64,000 nt of DNA from Heterodontus francisci (GCF_036365525.1 NC_090399.1:31404430-31468429); one strand, 5' to 3'; positions 50,097 to 64,000 are shown, counted from the stretch's first letter. Program-made: numbers and translations. Notes: generated from the sequence alone by a model not told the origin.

Positions 50097-53046
50097 AGTA
50101 TCTCCAGCGACGCCAAAAAGCTCTAAACTGTTAACGCCGCAGACATAAATTTTCACCAAACGTTAAGCAAGAAAACCGCCGTCCGAAGTTTCTCCTCTGG
50201 AACATTAATGGAATCTCCCCAAGCCCAGTACACAACTTTCAGAAAAGCATGTCTCAAAGAAACTTGATAATTAAAACTTTTTTTCCTTTAAAATAAAACC
50301 GGCTGGATATCGGGCAAAAATGTTCACATATTTAACTATCCGTTCCGTAACTCACAATTGTATTTTATAGTGTGGTGCTGGGTTATGAAACCAGGAAGTT
50401 CCCAGTTCGGGTCTCCAGTCCCGATTGAGTTAAATGTTCAGGAGTAGCCATTGAAATGGGAAATGAATCACCCATGCTCGCTACATTTCTAAATTGGTTA
50501 AATTTAAAAAGAACCGAGCTGGCCCTCCTGGGAACTTTGCAGCTACATTCGATGTCATTTAGACAGCAACTGGAAGGAAAAACATACCCTCCTCCAGGGA
50601 TTTCATTCCAGAGTAAGATCGGGTTTGACTCCTGATTTCCACGCCAGTTTTAGCAAAATTGGGAAGAGTTTCCGAATTCTGGAGCAAATTCACCCTGGGC
50701 TGCCCCCAGTTCCGGGCTGCAACTACGTCTTCATTATCAGCTACAAAGTCAGAGAAGACTCGGTGCTGACACTACAGTTGCAGCATAAATATGCCTTAGG
50801 CCTGTTGTCTCAGTACCCCAGGGGACTTCAGTGCCTCTGGATGTATATCAGACAGAAGCACCCAAGGTTGCTGTCGCTGATTATTATCTGATTGCGGTGA
50901 CCTCTACTAGATCTGTGTAGACATGGGGTGATGGTGGGGCAGAACTGTGATGGTTTACCCCTACGGTGATACTTAATGCACACTTGGGTAGTGGTCACAA
51001 AAGATTGGCGGTCTCCTGTGCAGCCAGCCCTAACTAAACTCAAAAACTTTAGGAAACGATAAGACAAAACTGGAAGGAGAAATAACATTGTTGAGCATCT
51101 AGTTCAAACCAATGTTTCTCTAACAGAGAATACTATGTTTTTTCATATTTGCAGCAATCAATCTTCTCTCTCTTTATTTATACCCAAAGATCCCAAATTA
51201 CCTGCATAGCTGTCATGAATGAAACTGATGATTTACCAATTCACAATTTGTATGTTTCTCCTATCTGTTGCTTATCCACTGGAAGATGTTTGCGGTCACA
51301 GCTTTGGAAACAACCTTAGAATTAACTGATAGGGCAAATTAATTGAATCCTAATTATAAAATGCAGTAATGTATTTTTTTTTACTATTCATATTGATCTT
51401 TGATTAGTCAGTTTATGAATATGTGTGTCGGGTCGCCTCTCCGTCTTAACTTTAGCAGGGCTTTGAGTGTTCAATGGTGGAGGCATAACCGGGAAGTTAG
51501 TGAGACTTCTCTGCCATGAGTTGAGTAGGACATGTTATGACCTAATGAAGTTATCACACCCAACTTCTGCATTCTGAAAGGATTTGTTCTAATGAAATGT
51601 TAATCGTAGGGCACAGCCACCTTCACTGTTACCCTTTCGGCTGAAGCCTGAACTTCAAGTTAATGTGCTGGATGAGGCAACAGCTTTCGGCTAACCTGCC
51701 CATTGGAAAACTGCCGAGAACGGGCCAAATACTGGTTTTACATCCCGTCCGATTTTGCTGTCCACTGAAGGCATTAGAGAGCAATTTAGGGCGAAGTGTT
51801 CCACTCCTGTGGGCTTTCTGCCCACCCACACCCTCCCCCCGAGTTAGGTTGAAAGCACCGGGTTGACAGTGGCTTAAACACGCTTGACAGTTTCAAGAAA
51901 TTGGAATATCTGGGGCAATCCGTTCCATTCTGCTTTTTAACAAAATCATGGGCCTACTGGCTGATGCATTGAATTACCATATTCTCCTCTCCGCTTTGGG
52001 AGGTAGGTTAAAAACTCAGCACAGTCTTATAAAACACCAAAATTGCAACAAAAAAAATCACCACAACATTTATATGTAACAAATCCCACGATAATTTGCA
52101 CAGCTCACGTTGAGTGTTGTTAAAATAATAAGACAGAAATTTGCATTGATCTGATGCCTCTCACGATCTCAGGGTTTCCCAAAGTGTCCACTTTACAGCC
52201 GCTTCGTTGGCTGTGAAGCACTTTGGGACGTCCTCAGGTCGTGACGGCAGCTGTACAAAGGTAAGTTGTTTATTTTACAAAAGGACATTAAAAAATAAAC
52301 TGGAACTGCATCACACCAGATTTGCTGTTGCGTTTAAAGCCGAAGATTGGCTCCGAGACAGATCTTCGTTGAAACATTCGCTCAGCAGCCCAGCGCACTG
52401 GTCAGAATCTATTCCGCTTTTCTGCGTAAATTATGAAAATAAAAAGTGTAATACACTCAACTCGTTTAAGCAATACAGCTTGAAACCTGCTGAAAGTGCT
52501 CCTGCTTAATGTCATCGTATAACTTACAAGGTTAACACAAAGTATCAAGCAACGTATTTTAATTACAAACTTCGCCAACAAGTCGATAATTGTTCCTACA
52601 TTTTAATTATAGTGGCAGAACCTGGTCTGCAGTGTACTAGGAGACTCCATACGACTATATGTGTATCGCCCTGGTGTTTGCATTAAGCGCACTCCGGTAT
52701 ACACTCAATCAGACATTTGGGTGACCACAAAACGTATATTGCTAAATTGTTTGCTATTTTAGCCCATGCCCAATTTGGAGGAGGTGGTGACAGTAATTAT
52801 GCACAGTTGCTATCATGTTAATTTATAAAATTAATTTCATTTGGCAGAAAACATATAAGTGCCACATGGTCACCAGATAGCTTTAAATGAAGCTATTCCA
52901 TCTCTTTATTCCATCTGATCTCCTCCATCCTTAATATCATCTTTACAGCCTTCCGGTAACACTATCCAGCTGTTCCCTTATTGAATCTACCAGAACCCTT
53001 CCTGACCATATGTTCCAGCTGCTGATTACTGTCTGTACAGAAATAC

Positions 53047-55397
53047 TGTTATGATCCCGTAGTTTTCTTGTTCGGGAAGAATGTGGTGTGCCTTTAAGGC
53101 TGGAAAGGGAGCAGTACTGCTTTAAGGCAGCAAGCTGCAAAAAAAAGAGTCAAAGAATGCATTCTTGTGGCCCTAAGATACAGCCATTCAACAACAGAGA
53201 TCAAGAGATACATTGTTACAATTTAATTTTGAACTGGCTTATAGTGGAAACAGACTGTTCTAATTCAGAGAAACAGACAGACAGCTGTGTGTTAGCAACG
53301 GAAAGGAGTGCTCTCAGATAATTTAAACTGAAGGAAGAGAATTTAGTCTGTTTATTTACTATTCTCTCTCAAAAATTCTAAAAATGTCAAGCCCAAACAG
53401 AGATCTCTGATAATTTAAACTGAAGGAAGGGAAATTAGACTGTGACAATCTTTTATCCCTCAAAAAAGCTAAAGCCAAATTGATTCAATAAAAGTGTTTG
53501 ATTGTTGAAATTCATGGCTGGAGAAGGAAAGCATCAATTTTAACTTCTGAATTAGACTATGGACAGTTCTACTGTTGAAACTCCCGCCCCCCCCCCCCCC
53601 CCCCCCCATCGGACAGCTGTGAGGACTTCAAGCAACCTCGGATTGGTCCACATCCAGCAGGAGCGTAAATCTGCAAGGACGCTAATTTCTTTTCTATTTT
53701 AAATACTGTTTATAGCTTAGTAGTGTTTAAGAATGTAGTTTTTCTAATTAAACAGTAAATTTGTTGATTTAACGACACCTGGTTTGGTTAGCCTCATTCA
53801 GGGGTGAGGGTGGGGGTGGGGTTAATAGAGGGTACAATTTGGCTGGGTCTTTCTTTAATTTGGAAAGTTTAAAATGATATGTTAGGCGATCGGTGGATGG
53901 ATGGGATTGAATTAGCATGTTTCGCCCACCACAATCAGAATCGTATATTTTGATTGGGGGCTGTGATTGGAACGGTCAGTTGTAACATATTAATTGGGTT
54001 TCACATCTGGAATTTGAATTATATCTTACTTGGGAGCTCGTGTCTGGACTCAGAATCGGACTAATCTGTAGGGCTCGCATTTGGAATCATATTAATTACT
54101 CATTTCTGAGATAACATATTTAAATTGGGGTCTTGCGTTTGGCATCATATTTAATTGCTCTCGAGTGTGGGATTATATCAATTGGAAACTCCATTGTTGG
54201 GATCTAAATCTAATGCCAATTACAAAGAAGCAAAAGAACCAGGTCTCTTGTATAATTAAGTACAGTCATTGCCATTGTAATGGCAATAGTGGTTGTAGCA
54301 GAGTTTTGGGGAAAACAGAATGTTTTCCTGAGTGATTTGATGACTTTAACAAGAATAAATTAAAAGAATTGGCAATAAAAGTGGGGTTGGAATTGAAATC
54401 TGATTCCTAAAAAGCAGAGATATTTGACATTATCACTGAACATTTGGAATTAGAAGATGATAATGATTATGATGACAAAGCTGAAGGGGAATACGAGGAA
54501 CAACAAAGGGAATATGAGTGACAAGAAGGTAGTAGGTCCGAGAGTGATGCAGTGGTATTGGCTAGGATTCAGTTAGAAACGAAAAAACTTGAGGCAGAAA
54601 AAGAATTAAGAAAACTTGAGTTGGAAAAGAGGAAAGGGAAAAGAAAAAGTAATAGCAACAAGAAAATTTGAATTTTAAAGAGAAAGTGAAAGAGAAGAGA
54701 GGGAATTTAGGTTAAAAGAGATGGAACTACGACAAAAGGGTAGCCTTGAATACAGGGAAAATTTAGGGCCAGGATGAATCTGAGTTTAGATCAGGACCTA
54801 GCGACAGTTGTTTAAATTTATACAGGCTCTTCCTAAGTTTGAGGAAAAGGACGTAGGCGCATTTTTCATATCTTTTGAAAAAGAAACCAAACAGATGAAA
54901 TGGCCAAAAGAAAGCTGGACACTGCTTATACAGGGCAGCTTGGTAGGCAGAGCTCAAGAAGCTTATGCCACACTTCCTGAAGAGGCTTCTGCAGATTATG
55001 AGATGGCAAAAAAGGCTATTCTCGCTTAGTATGAGTTAATCCCTGAAGCTTACCATCAGAAGTTTAGGAACGTATGAAGATTGGCTGGGCAGACATATTT
55101 AGAATTTGAGACAGTGAAGCAAATGAATTTTGACCGTTGGATACGGGCGTTAAAGATAGAAACCACATATGAGAACCTTCAAGAATTGATTCTCTTAGAA
55201 GAGTTTAAAAACTCCATTACTTCAGTGAGAACTCATATGGATAACCTGAAAGTTTGGAAATTTAGGCAAGCAGCAGACATTGCTGATGATTTTGAGCTTG
55301 TGAATAAGCCAACCTATTTTGTCCATCACCCCTATGGACCCAAGAAGGATAGATATATTTTGAATTGGGGCTTTGACTGGAGCGGTCAGTCGTAACA
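53047..55397 (+). mobile_element. Gmr1-like Gypsy, internally deleted (5' LTR 53047-53987, gag from 54280, last about 45 bp of the 3' LTR)
   Basis: TGTTA...TAACA ends, ATAC TSD at 53043-53046 and 55398-55401, and gag homologous to 5370-6413. Confidence 0.9.
53988..54210 (+). repeat. Tandem array of about 7 PBS-like units
   Basis: The units correspond to units 1 and 5-10 of the array at 6487-6803. Confidence 0.7.
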
Positions 55398-56568
55398 ATA
55401 CCTATTGCTAATCAGATACTAATCTTTAACTTCAACTAGTTCAAATTCATTAACTTAAATGCCAACTTAGATATACATAAATGAAGGGTGCAACCATTGT
55501 CCTCCTACCTGAATCATTGACATGCTTTGAGGCTGAGGATCATATCTCGCTGCGAATTGAATGAGAAAGATGTGTATGTAAATAGCATAACATGTCAACC
55601 CAACAAAGAAACAATCTGAGAATATAGATTTTAAATTCTAATTTATTTAACCTTGCATCGATATAATGTTGCCATTTGAAAAATAAAACGCACCAGAAAT
55701 TTGATTCTGGTCATTGACAATAAAATTGTTCATGAAAGTTTGGCTGCACATTGCGGGGAAAGAGAAGGGGAGTTTGGTGTATTGGATAGCTCTTTCAAAG
55801 AGCCAGCACAGGCGCAAAGGGATGAATGGCCTCCTGTGCTGGATAATTCTATGATAGTAGCAAGATCGTGAGAGCAGAACAGCCTCAGTTCCCTCTCCAA
55901 GGGATGTGTCATTCTCACTTGGGTATATGCCACGGGTCTTTTATATGTGCTGTGTCAAAATCCTGAAATTACCTATCCAGTATCATTGTGTTAGCTCTAT
56001 CGCCAGAAGGACTGCAGATGCACAAGAAAAAGATTTACTATTACGTTCTCAGAACAGCTAGGGATGGATCAAAAATGTGGCCCTGTTCACATTACCAAAC
56101 AAATTTAAAAATCACACAGTGCCATTACATAGAATCTGTTGTATTTTGCAGTGGCAATGCTGACTAAACCGTTAGTGCTGACCGTCATTACTCCACTGAA
56201 GCTGACAACAACTTTGGAGACCGCACACGTGCAGAGTAACAGAAATCCAAAGTTGCTGCCAGTAATTCTGCACTTCTCCAGAGGGTGTGCTATTGAGGCT
56301 CCCTCAGGCTGCAATTAAGGGGAAATCACTGAAATGACCAGAGATTCCACTCTTCGGCTTTTACTCTCCTGTGTAAAGGCTTTTGAAAAGTTACACCTTG
56401 TTGAATGAGATGTACTTGGGTTTTAACGGGGTACTAACTTCATATTCACTGCTAAAATCCTTCACTGGCCCTGAAAACCTAATTTTGTATTTATGCAATG
56501 TCAAATTTCTCCATAATGATAAAATTAAAATAATATTTTCTTAATGCATTTATCTTTATTTTATCTTT

Positions 56569-56678
56569 TGTCATAAACCTTCTGAAGAAGGGTCACTGAC
56601 CTGAAACGTTAACTCTGCTTCTCTCTCCCCACATGTTGCCAGACCTGCTGAGTATTTCCAGCATTTCTTGTTTTTATT
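56569..56678 (+). mobile_element. Penelope pLTR fragment with hammerhead core
   Basis: tgtcataaaccttCTGAAGAagggtcactgacctGAAAcgtt; same 5' start as the copy at 26889. Confidence 0.8.
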
Positions 56679-57564
56679 AGTGCTTTTAACTTCCTGGTTT
56701 TCTGTCTGCGAGAATACTTCCATGCGATTGGTTGCTTACCTTGCCTGTTGCTATCACTGCAGTTGCACGTCCGAAGTTCATTTGGATTTGGCGCCAGATT
56801 CAAACTGACAAATAGAAATTTGGTGCCACAGAGATCGCAAGAGCCGGACAGTTTCATTTGAAGGCAGCAAAATATGAACCAATGAATTATATGATATTGT
56901 CATGCAGCACAAGCTGACTCAAACGTTTCTTTAGACAAACCTCTGGTGAGCTCTCCAAAGCCAGCATTGCTATTTGAGCCTCCAGCTATTTTATGGTCTC
57001 TCTGAGTGAGAATGGAAACTAGGACTCGATTTGTACCAAATTACAGATCGTTTTGACCACCTGAGATGACGGGGTAGAAACTCATCTGGGGGGTGGGGGA
57101 AGGGTAGCACAAAATATTGGGAGTTTTGGATCGACCTGTGGTTTCCTCCATTGACCTCAAGAAAACTTAATGTTAGGCAGGGTGTATAATTGTTGGCTGT
57201 TCGGACACTGCCTGTTCTGTCCAAGATGAAATTGTACGCGGATAAAAGGTCTCGGTACTTACAGACATTAGGGCTGGCAAAGGCATATTCAATTAGTAAC
57301 TGTTTGACTCAAATTCATGAGGTTACAGGATAAAGCTGATAATAAAGCACCCAGTTCTCCCCAAAGGATGCTCTTTTTGTGTATTATTCACCTGTTGTGT
57401 TAAGCTCTTCATATTCATAATCTTGCCTGCAAAAATAAGGGGAACATTTTACATGGCTTGAGAATAAAATATACATCAAGAAAATAGGTCTAATTTGATT
57501 GTTTGGTAAGTTCCAGCAAGTTGGATATAAACAAATAATCTTTAGAACCTCAATGTAAGTTTGC

Positions 57565-58425
57565 TTTTATTTGTTTGGGGTATGTGGGTGTTGCTGGCAA
57601 GGCCAGCATTTATTGCCCATCTCTAATTGCCCTTCAGAAGATGGCGGTGAGCTGCTTTCTTGAACCACTGTAGTCCTTGGGGTATAGGTACAGTGCTTTA
57701 GGAAAGGAGTTCCAGGATTTTGACCCAGCAACAGTGAAGGAAGAGCAATATATTTCCAAGTCAGACATAAGCAGATATGAGGAGAGTGTGGGGGAAAACA
57801 TTGAAGTGGATGATTATCCATGATCATACTGAATGGCAGAGCACGCTCGATGGGCTGAATGGCTTACTCCTGCTCTTATGTTCCTATGTCCCTATGTTCC
57901 TAAGTTATTATGGTGTGTGGCTTGGAGGGGAACTTGCAGGCGGTGGTGCTCCCATGCATTGCTGTCCTTGTGCTTCCAGGTGGTAGAAGTCACGGGTTTG
58001 CAAAGTGCTGTCAAAGGAGCCTTGGTGAGTTGCTGCCGTGCATCTTGTTTATGATAAAACACTGTTGCCACTCTGCGTCAGTGGTGAATGAAGTGAATGT
58101 TGAAGGTGATGGATGGGGTGCCAATCAACAAGGATGCTTTGTCCTGGAAGGTGTCGAGCTTCTTGAGTATTGTTGGAGCTGCACCCATCTAGGCAAGTGG
58201 GCAGTATTCCATCATACATCTGACTTGCGCCTTGCAGATGGTTGAGAGGCATTGTGGAGACAGGAGGTGAGTTATGCAGGCTCTGAATTCCCAGACTCTG
58301 GCCTGCTCTTGTAGTCACACATTATATGTGGCTGGTTTAGTTCAGTTTATGATCAATGGTGACACCCAGTATGTTGATAGTGGGCGATTCAGTGATGATA
58401 ATACCATTGAACGTCAAGGAAAAAT
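57565..58425 (-). mobile_element. Family B LINE 3' part, interrupted by a family A tail (+, about 57765-57909)
   Basis: The family B sequence resumes at 57910 (atggtgtgtggc). Confidence 0.8.
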
Positions 58426-59684
58426 GGCCAACACAGATAAAAGACTTTAATCTTGACGAACACATACTATATCATTGCCTGCAATAACAGCAACAGGCAC
58501 ATTGGGAGAAATGTTACACTGATGGAAGATGCACCACATCAGAGGGAATGCCAGTTTTGCGTCCTGCCCAATAGTACGCTCCAAGGAATGAAATGGGCAG
58601 TAAAATTAGGTGTTGTGTAAAAGTTGCTTTATCCTGATGGGTAGGTCAATTGCACCACTAGTTTTAAACCCTGTTTGATTAAACTCCCTATTGAAGAGTA
58701 ATATAGGGCATGATATAAAAGTTGCATTCCACCTGATCCTGTGTGTTTCCCGCCTTAGGTTAAAATTAGCACCTATTTCATCTATCTGTGCCGCTGCATA
58801 AAAAAAATGGTGCCAACTCAGAAAATTAGTGTAATATTCAGGAAGACGAAATCAAACATAAAGTGGAATGCGGAATAAAATGAAACAGATTTTGTGCATT
58901 TCGGTTAAAAGATAGAGTAAAATGGTAGGGGTGAAATTCAACTTCCTCAGAGGTGTACAACAGCAGCCTATTCTACCTGCATTGATCTCGATAGGAATAA
59001 AAGCTGGCGGAGTGTATTAACGGGTGGCTGAACATTTAGTACCCATTTTAAGACCCCATGGGTAAATTTTATGCCCAAGTGTCGGAAACAGGACAAAGAG
59101 ATGCACAGTTATGACTGTTGGAATCGTGTTGCACCATATAAGTAACCCACATGCTACCCAGCTCCTATGAACATCCCTGATTTCTCTGAACTAAAATAGT
59201 GAACAATCTTTCATAAGAATGTGCCAACATGCTCAACACTAACAGCACAGAACTCGTGTTGAACCCACTGGGACAGAAATTTGCCTTGATCCATAGTGTT
59301 AAACGGATGGTATCACCTCGCCTGCCTGTATAAAGCCCATTTGATATTAAAAACTATTGAGGGCTATCGCATGCCTGTAATATTGCTTTGCCCACTTTTT
59401 AACAGAGCAATTAGCCAAGTTAAAATAAAACAATTAATGCTTCACTGTGTTCAGATGAAAGAGATAAATGTTGGTCTGTCAATAGTGGAAATAATAATTT
59501 CTAGGCTATATATTTTAAGATAATACAAAAACGTTGAGGTGTCTTGATATATTTTGGAGCATTCTGTGTGTAAGTAATGCAAAATCCTGGCCAATGGAAC
59601 ATTATTTTATATCCCTCCCCCATGATGCAATGTTCCACTGGTATATCGGGGTACAGCAGCAGCTGGAGGTGCTGTAAATGCAAA

Positions 59685-60620
59685 AACACAGAGGAAATAG
59701 GAGCAGGAGTAGACCATATGGCCCATAGAGCCTGCTCCACAATTCAAAATGATATTAGGATCCAACTGCACTTTTCCGCCCCCTCAATGCCCCCTTGATT
59801 CCCTGACAGACCAAATATCTGTCTATGCCAGTCTTAAATGTATTCAACGATGGAGCATCCACAACCCTCTGGGGTAGAGAATTCCAAAGATTCACAACCC
59901 TTTGAGTGAAGTAATTTCTCCTCATCTCAGTCCTAAATTATTGGTCCCTTATCCTGAGACTGTGCCCCCATGTTTTAGATTCCCCGATCAGCAGATGTAA
60001 TCTCTCACTGTCTACCCTATCCAGCTCCTTTAGAATGTTATATGTTTCAATAAAATCACCTCTCATTCTTCTAAACTCCAGAGAATACAAGCCCAATTTA
60101 CTTAGTCTCTCATCATAGGACAACCCCCCGCATCCCAGGGACCAATCTAGTGAACCTTCACTGTACTGCCTCCAATGCAAGAATATCCTTTCTTAAATGT
60201 GAAGACCAAAACTGTGCACAATATTCCAGATGTGGTCTCAACAAAACCCTGTACAATTGTAGCAGTAAATGCCCATTCACTGCAATACAAATAATTGGCT
60301 GTTTCTCCCAGATGGACAGTCTAGACCTAGGGGTCATAGTCTCAGGATAAGGATGGGAACATTTAGGATTGAGAAGAGGAGAAGGTTATTCACTCAGAGG
60401 GTTATGAGTCTTTGAAATTCTCTACCCCAGGGAGCGTGGATGCTCAGTTATTGGACATATTCAAAACAATGGTCGACAGATTTTTGAACATTACAGGAAT
60501 CAAGGGAATTGAGGATAGTGTGCAAAAGTGAAGTTGAAGTAGAAGATCAGCCACGAATTTTATTGAATGGAAGATCAGCCTCGAGGGCCATATGGTCTAC
60601 TCCTGCTCCTATTTATGTTT
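59685..60620. mobile_element. Two family A CR1 3' ends in opposite orientation (- 59685-60260; + 60300-60620)
   Basis: GLSYDERLSKLGLYSLEFRRMRGDFIETY peptide, with tails at both outer ends. Confidence 0.8.
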
Positions 60621-61320
60621 TTAGTGACCTCAATCCCAAAGTGGAGATATTATTACCAGTGAATTCAGTGTCAGATTTTCCTGCATTTCATATGTTGTCT
60701 TTGGGACTGACATTGCCAATTTACTGCCAGCTTGTGTCAAATTATGCTCGGATCCCTGCTGTAGACCTTTTCACACTGAGACCTTGCTGAAGACTACACC
60801 AGGCTTGTTTCACTCAGGATGCCTGCAGCTGACAGATACAGAAGAATTCCATCCCATCAGACTGGGTTCCAATTTGCCCTGTTGATGAAAGGACAGGCTA
60901 TTCCACCACCGTGCCCTTTGTCTCCAGAACCAATCAAGTTTTATTTCATTTGACAATATTGAACAAAGGTGAGGGGTGACTTGAAACATCTGATGCCCAG
61001 GTAGGTGCAGAGCTACTTTCTCTGGTAATGCTGCTAAACATATAGCGAGTATGCTGACGCAACCTTAATGCTCAGCAAATACTAGTCTCAAATCAGTTGC
61101 TTCTATTTTTAGACCACCCTGCCCCTTACGTTGCTTACCTTACATCATTACACAGCCCATATCAATTCACTGCAACTGTCCCAACGTTTGTACTGTTACT
61201 CTGACAGAATGCCTGAATAATATAAACTTAGGCGGGAACTAGCGGAGATCCACAAAATATTTTCCATCAAATTATTATCATTATTGCAACAGTACTTCTT
61301 TAAACATAGGATTTCTAGTA

Positions 61321-61950
61321 TAAAAACAGGAAGTGCTGGAAATACTCAGCAAGTCTGACAGCATTTGTGGAGCGAGAAACAGAGTTAACGTTTCGGGTCT
61401 GTGATTTTTCATCAGAACTGTCAAAGGTTAGAAATGTAATAGGTTTTAAGCAAGTGAAGCTGGTGGTGGGGGGGGGGGTGGGGGGGTGATGAGAGGGAAC
61501 ATAAAGGAAGGTATATGGTAGGGCAGCGGACAGGAGAGATTAACTGACAAGGAGCTAATGGGCAAAGGTAAGTGTGGTGTGGTAAAAGCCAACGCATTAG
61601 TGCAGAGAGAGTGTTAATGATAGAATAATGAACAACTCTGTCAAAAGCACAAACATGAAAAACCAAGTTTAAGGCAGGAACTTAAAAATGCTAAAACTAA
61701 ACAAAAAAATTAAATAATAATAATAATAAAAAGGCCAGTGTTCAATGACTCAATGTTCAATCCGGAAGACTGTAGAAAACGAGGTGCTGTTCCTGGAGCT
61801 TGCATTGATGTTCACTGCAACATGACCTCATTTTCCGATTAGGACAGCTTTTGCAGAATAGGGGATCAAGGGACTGAACATTTAATTCAATAATTTAAGA
61901 GCATGACTGGCCCTTTTTATTATTATTTTATTTTATTTTGTTTTGCTTTA
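61321..61950. mobile_element. Older Penelope pLTR and ORF end (-) with a short inverted ORF-end segment (+)
   Basis: Similar to 11895-12470. 61870-61905 reads GLNI*FNNLRA* on the + strand. Confidence 0.7.
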
Positions 61951-64000
61951 TCATTAACTGCTCCTTGTTTGAGTCTAAGTTTATGTGGTGGCATGCCCAT
62001 TGGAGTTAAGCTGTGTAGAAACTGTGGAGGGTATAGACTGTTATAATCTTCTTTGTCTTTAGAATCAATTCTTTTAATTCAACTGACAGTTTTTGATTCA
62101 AATCTAGTTAATCTTCATTTTTAGCGCAAAGAATAGCTTTTGAATGTTAAGCTGTATCAAATAAGTGTCCCCACCATTTTACCACACTTAAGCAATTATA
62201 TCATCACATCTACCCCCAAGCCATCCCCTCCCTCCCATGCCATCCCCAACCCATGCCATTCCGTCCTTACCATGCCATCCCTCTCATGCCACCCCATCCC
62301 ATTCCTTCCATCCCTCTCATACCATCCCTATCCCGCTCTTTCCACCCCCATCCCTCCCATTAATGTCATCCTATCCCTCACAGACACAAGCTCTCCAGCC
62401 AGGGTATCATTGTTGATGTGCTCCCTTTACCATGCACTGTTTTTGTTCTCCACCAACGACCCCACCCCCAACCCGCCACTGCCAATGACAGCCACATGAT
62501 CATCTGTGCTCCAGTCCTCCCGGTGCCCTATGTGCCTCACATCCCACCAAATAAACTGACCAACAGACGTGCCTCCTAAACTGACCAATGAAAACAGTCT
62601 AGACAGCCCAAGCGCTGAGTATTATTACTATAGATGTGGCTCTGATTAGGGTCAACTTCTGCCTTGGGACTACGTTGAGGTACATTGGACTTCTCGGAAC
62701 ACCCAGTAATGTGTAAGTGCATGAGAAGGTTGATAAACCGTTTTTGCATGTGTCAGTAGAATACCTGTTTGATCCACGGTTGAATGCAGAGCATAAAGCC
62801 AAGTGATGTGAGATAACCACCAGGGCTTAATCTCAAATTGTTGCAATAGATTGGCATCGTGGTGCCAAGCTGTGTTTCGTTATGTTCAGTATATCCATTC
62901 GACCCCCAATAACGCTTAATGTCACGAAATAGCGAATTCTGTCACTCTAACCTAAGTCTAAAGGTCAATTGCTAGTGCAACATGAAAGCCCATATACGTC
63001 TTTGTCACTGACCTCAATGCCACCCGTAACAACAGGATAAATCAGTTCTGCTGACTGCACATGGTACTCCACAGGCACTGGTGAGAGACTAATAGCTGCA
63101 AACTAACTGTAATTATAGTGCTTGGTGAATTGGAACGTACCTTTCCATAGGAGTGTCGATCGATTGCTCTTCTTGGTTTACATCCTTTGGAACACAAGTT
63201 AAGCTCAGTCAGTGATTACTTGCATAAACGTTTTATATAGCTAAACAAAATGGAACATAATTCCTTACCATGCATAGAGGATCCGATTCAAGTAGATTCC
63301 CATCTTGATTCTGCCACAAAATAAAATATTTATCTACTGAAATATATATTTATATAGAACAAGAAATCCTAATTTATTACAGGAAGGATTCCTCTACGAG
63401 CTACCACTAGAGAAATCATAACTGTCTAATCTTAGAGTTAAAAACATTTTTTTTCAATTAGCATTGTAGCGAACAACTGGAAACTTTCTTCTGGCTATTA
63501 AGAGATAACAGCACAGAAAATAAAACTGGATAGATGAATGTTTCAAGCACACCCTCCCCGCCCGCCCACCTCCCCCCCCCCCACCCCCCACCCCCCCCCC
63601 CCCCCCACCCCACACCACCTAGAATAATTTGACTTACATTATACATCAATGGAAATCTTCTCGCTATCTTTAACATGTCACGAGCACAGAGGGAATAAAG
63701 GAAATATTCCCACTATGTTTAACATATCACTAACACATAGGAGCAAACAAATCCCCTTGGACTCAATCTTTACCATATCACCGAAACATTGGGACCAAAG
63801 GAATGTTCCCATTATGTTTACCTCACATTGAGACCAGAGGAAACTGTCTTACTATTTTTCTGCTTATGCTGTTGTCAACATACAGCAATACAATTAAATC
63901 TTGCTTCATTGTAGTCACGCCCATGCAGATATACATTGCCACATTCAAATAAAATTTCTGCATATAACTGGAAATACCAGAAATATTTTGGATACAAGCC

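Noticed and set aside
52659-52700. Leader-like MCIALVFALSALR
   Set aside because: The donor is weak and in the wrong phase, and I found no downstream V exon.
62599-62820. Minus-strand peptide resembling GPCR TM3-TM4
   Set aside because: No DRY motif and no recognisable flanking helices.

Overview
Repeat-rich vertebrate genomic DNA, most likely from a cartilaginous fish (inferred from V-core tRNA SINEs, two CR1-type LINE families, Penelope pLTRs and NKp30-like V exons). There is one assembly gap (9898-10050). The only host-gene content I can support is a decayed NCR3/NKp30-like cluster arranged head-to-head. On the minus strand (16749-18541) is a pseudogene with a V exon, an uncharged TM exon and a tail that can be reconstructed with two ITIM-like motifs. 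On the plus strand (24563-39214) is a gene with a leader, two or three tandem VJ-type V exons (each damaged), an Arg-containing TM exon and a short tail. The rest is transposon-derived: two Gmr1/SCAN-type Gypsy copies with a tandem array of tRNA-Pro primer-binding-site-like units, a Penelope element plus many hammerhead-bearing pLTR fragments, an RTE with an open 3' ORF, Tx1/L1-like and CR1 fragments, Harbinger remnants, MITEs and SINEs. All calls come from reading and hand translation, with no database searches. Boundaries of old repeats are approximate.
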